Sequence record: AF056264.1
From: a phage
Reading direction: 5' to 3' (one strand)
Length of the DNA stretch: 676 bases
Shown piece by piece: positions 1 through 676 of this stretch (position 1 is the first letter of the stretch; each line of letters opens with the position of its first letter). A program made the position numbers and the translations under genes. Under the pieces are notes generated by a model. That model ran no database searches. It saw only the letters and a program-made list of their open reading frames with translations, and was not told the DNA's origin.

Positions 1-146
1 AAAATCGCCAATGGTTAGCGTGATCCNAATCTTAAGTCTGGCGTAATTAATCTTGTTCATGATAATCAGATTATTCAACTGTACTCTAAAGATGTGAACT
101 TAAACAAAAATTCTAGTTGAAGATCTAGAAGGTATCACACCTCACT

Positions 147-413
147 TTGACTCTGAATCCTTTCCGTGAAATCAAAGTGGAAGTCGCCCCTCAAATTGAA
201 NGTGGTCAACACCTAAATGTCAATGTGTTAAATCCTGATCAGCTTTTGGATGCCCAGAAACATCCTGAAAAATACCCTCAGTTAACCATTCCTGTTTCTG
301 GTTATGCTGTGCGCTTTAACGCACTGACACGTGAACAGCAGAACGACGTTATTAGTCCTACATTTACTCAGCGATNTNATGGGGCTGGATACGGGTTCTA
401 CGAACTACGTTAA
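147..413 (+). CDS. grcA: GrcA/YfiD-like autonomous glycyl radical cofactor (PFL C-terminal-type glycyl-radical domain); partial or disrupted as read, start and stop both uncertain
   Basis: Frame-3 translation (in-frame open from 129 after TAG 126-128) gives ...[71 protein letters not shown]... From memory this matches E. coli GrcA (...[25 protein letters not shown]...[39 protein letters not shown]) and the PflB C-terminus (...GGQHLNVNV...[38 protein letters not shown]). The REIKVEV-AP block before GGQ is GrcA-like rather than PFL-like. Radical Gly codon is ggt at 300-302. N at 201 (ngt) is predicted to be G, giving the conserved Gly-Gly. No in-frame ATG; the only candidate start is TTG 147, with a weak SD-like gaagg (128-132) 14 nt upstream, which is too far. 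Homologous region is about 132..371; the 3' end at 413 is probably a read artefact (see findings). Confidence 0.8.
   Translation: MTLNPFREIKVEVAPQIEXGQHLNVNVLNPDQLLDAQKHPEKYPQLTIPVSGYAVRFNALTREQQNDVISPTFTQRXXGAGYGFYELR
291..317 (+). other. Glycyl-radical signature segment (P-V-S-G-Y-A-V-R-F), radical glycine at codon 300-302; Arg expected at the first position reads as Pro
   Basis: Codons cct gtt tct ggt tat gct gtg cgc ttt translate to PVSGYAVRF; the canonical glycyl-radical enzyme motif is RVSGYAVRF (the Gly carries the radical in PFL/GrcA). Seen directly in the sequence. Confidence 0.8.
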
Positions 414-676
414 GGTAGTCAAACAACGCATTTATCTNCCAGNTTTAAGAAAAATGTTTGGATCGAACCTNAAGACTCTCCCNGNCACGTNTNAANAACA
501 CCCCCGAAATTGGGGACATCTNCCCCATAAAAAANCCTCAACGGTTAGNTTATCACACNCNCCNGGACNGTGCTGTTGGAAGTTTGGGAACCCGCNAACN
601 CNTTAGAATAGTGGANCGGNTGAAAACCNGAANTTGAAAGGAANCCNGATCCGACTGCGNGNGAGAATTGAAGCGT

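Noticed and set aside
38-97. Sigma70-like promoter candidates (-10-like gataat 61-66, tactct 82-87; -35-like atgata 59-64, ttgttc 53-58)
   Set aside because: No pair combines a good -35 with a good -10 at 16-18 bp spacing. AT-rich sequence produces such hexamers readily.
100-180. Eukaryotic-style intron/exon boundary or group I intron explaining the abrupt start of homology (ttctag acceptor-like, aag|gtatca donor-like)
   Set aside because: Pure pattern-matching on very short motifs with no supporting intron core elements or branch/polypyrimidine context. Frameshift or pseudogene explanations are simpler.
459-470. tRNA T-arm-like motif on the minus strand (ggttcgatcc, reverse complement of ggatcgaacc)
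   Set aside because: Flanking bases do not form a complementary T-stem (the 3' side reads ccaaac), and no acceptor stem or CCA context is visible. It only resembles the GTTCGA loop by chance.
414-500. Intrinsic terminator immediately after the CDS stop
   Set aside because: No GC-rich hairpin followed by a T-run is present on the + strand; the nearest hairpins (501-527) are followed by an A-run.
133-558. Direct repeat tatcacac at 133-140 and 551-558, flanking the CDS like possible target-site or element ends
   Set aside because: Only 8 exact bases; flanking similarity depends on Ns. Several 8-mer matches are expected by chance in a 676-nt AT-biased window.
331-606. Second ORF in the six-frame track (frame 1, 91 aa, GTG start)
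   Set aside because: It overlaps the GrcA-like CDS out of frame, contains many X residues from Ns (which may hide stops), and has no recognisable motifs. Most likely a spurious overlapping ORF.
454-606. Possible downstream gene starting at ATG 454-456 (MFGSN...)
   Set aside because: No convincing Shine-Dalgarno sequence, no recognisable protein motif, and the frame runs through at least ten N-containing codons, so openness cannot be established.

Overview
This window reads like a single-pass, low-quality read: about 30 ambiguous bases (N), sparse before position 430 and dense after it. The one feature I can support is a + strand reading frame (in-frame open from 129, ORF track 147..413) encoding the C-terminal glycyl-radical domain of a GrcA/YfiD-like autonomous glycyl radical cofactor, also resembling the C-terminus of pyruvate formate-lyase. 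The conserved blocks are E-(G)[18 protein letters not shown], the radical-glycine motif [10 protein letters not shown] and TFTQ. The gene is not intact as read. It has no ATG and no well-spaced ribosome-binding site, an in-frame TAG sits directly upstream, two normally invariant Arg positions read as Pro, and the frame runs about 13 codons past the usual C-terminus through two N-containing codons. I cannot tell from sequence alone whether this is base-calling error, a decaying pseudogene, or a truncated stand-alone radical domain. Positions 1..128 are AT-rich with stops in all six frames and no convincing promoter. Positions 414..676 are too N-rich to annotate; the only structure there is a pair of overlapping short GC hairpins at 501..527. 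I see no RNA gene, CRISPR array, mobile-element end or novel multi-gene system, and nothing here justifies claiming one. All homology statements rest on motifs recalled from memory, not on a database search.
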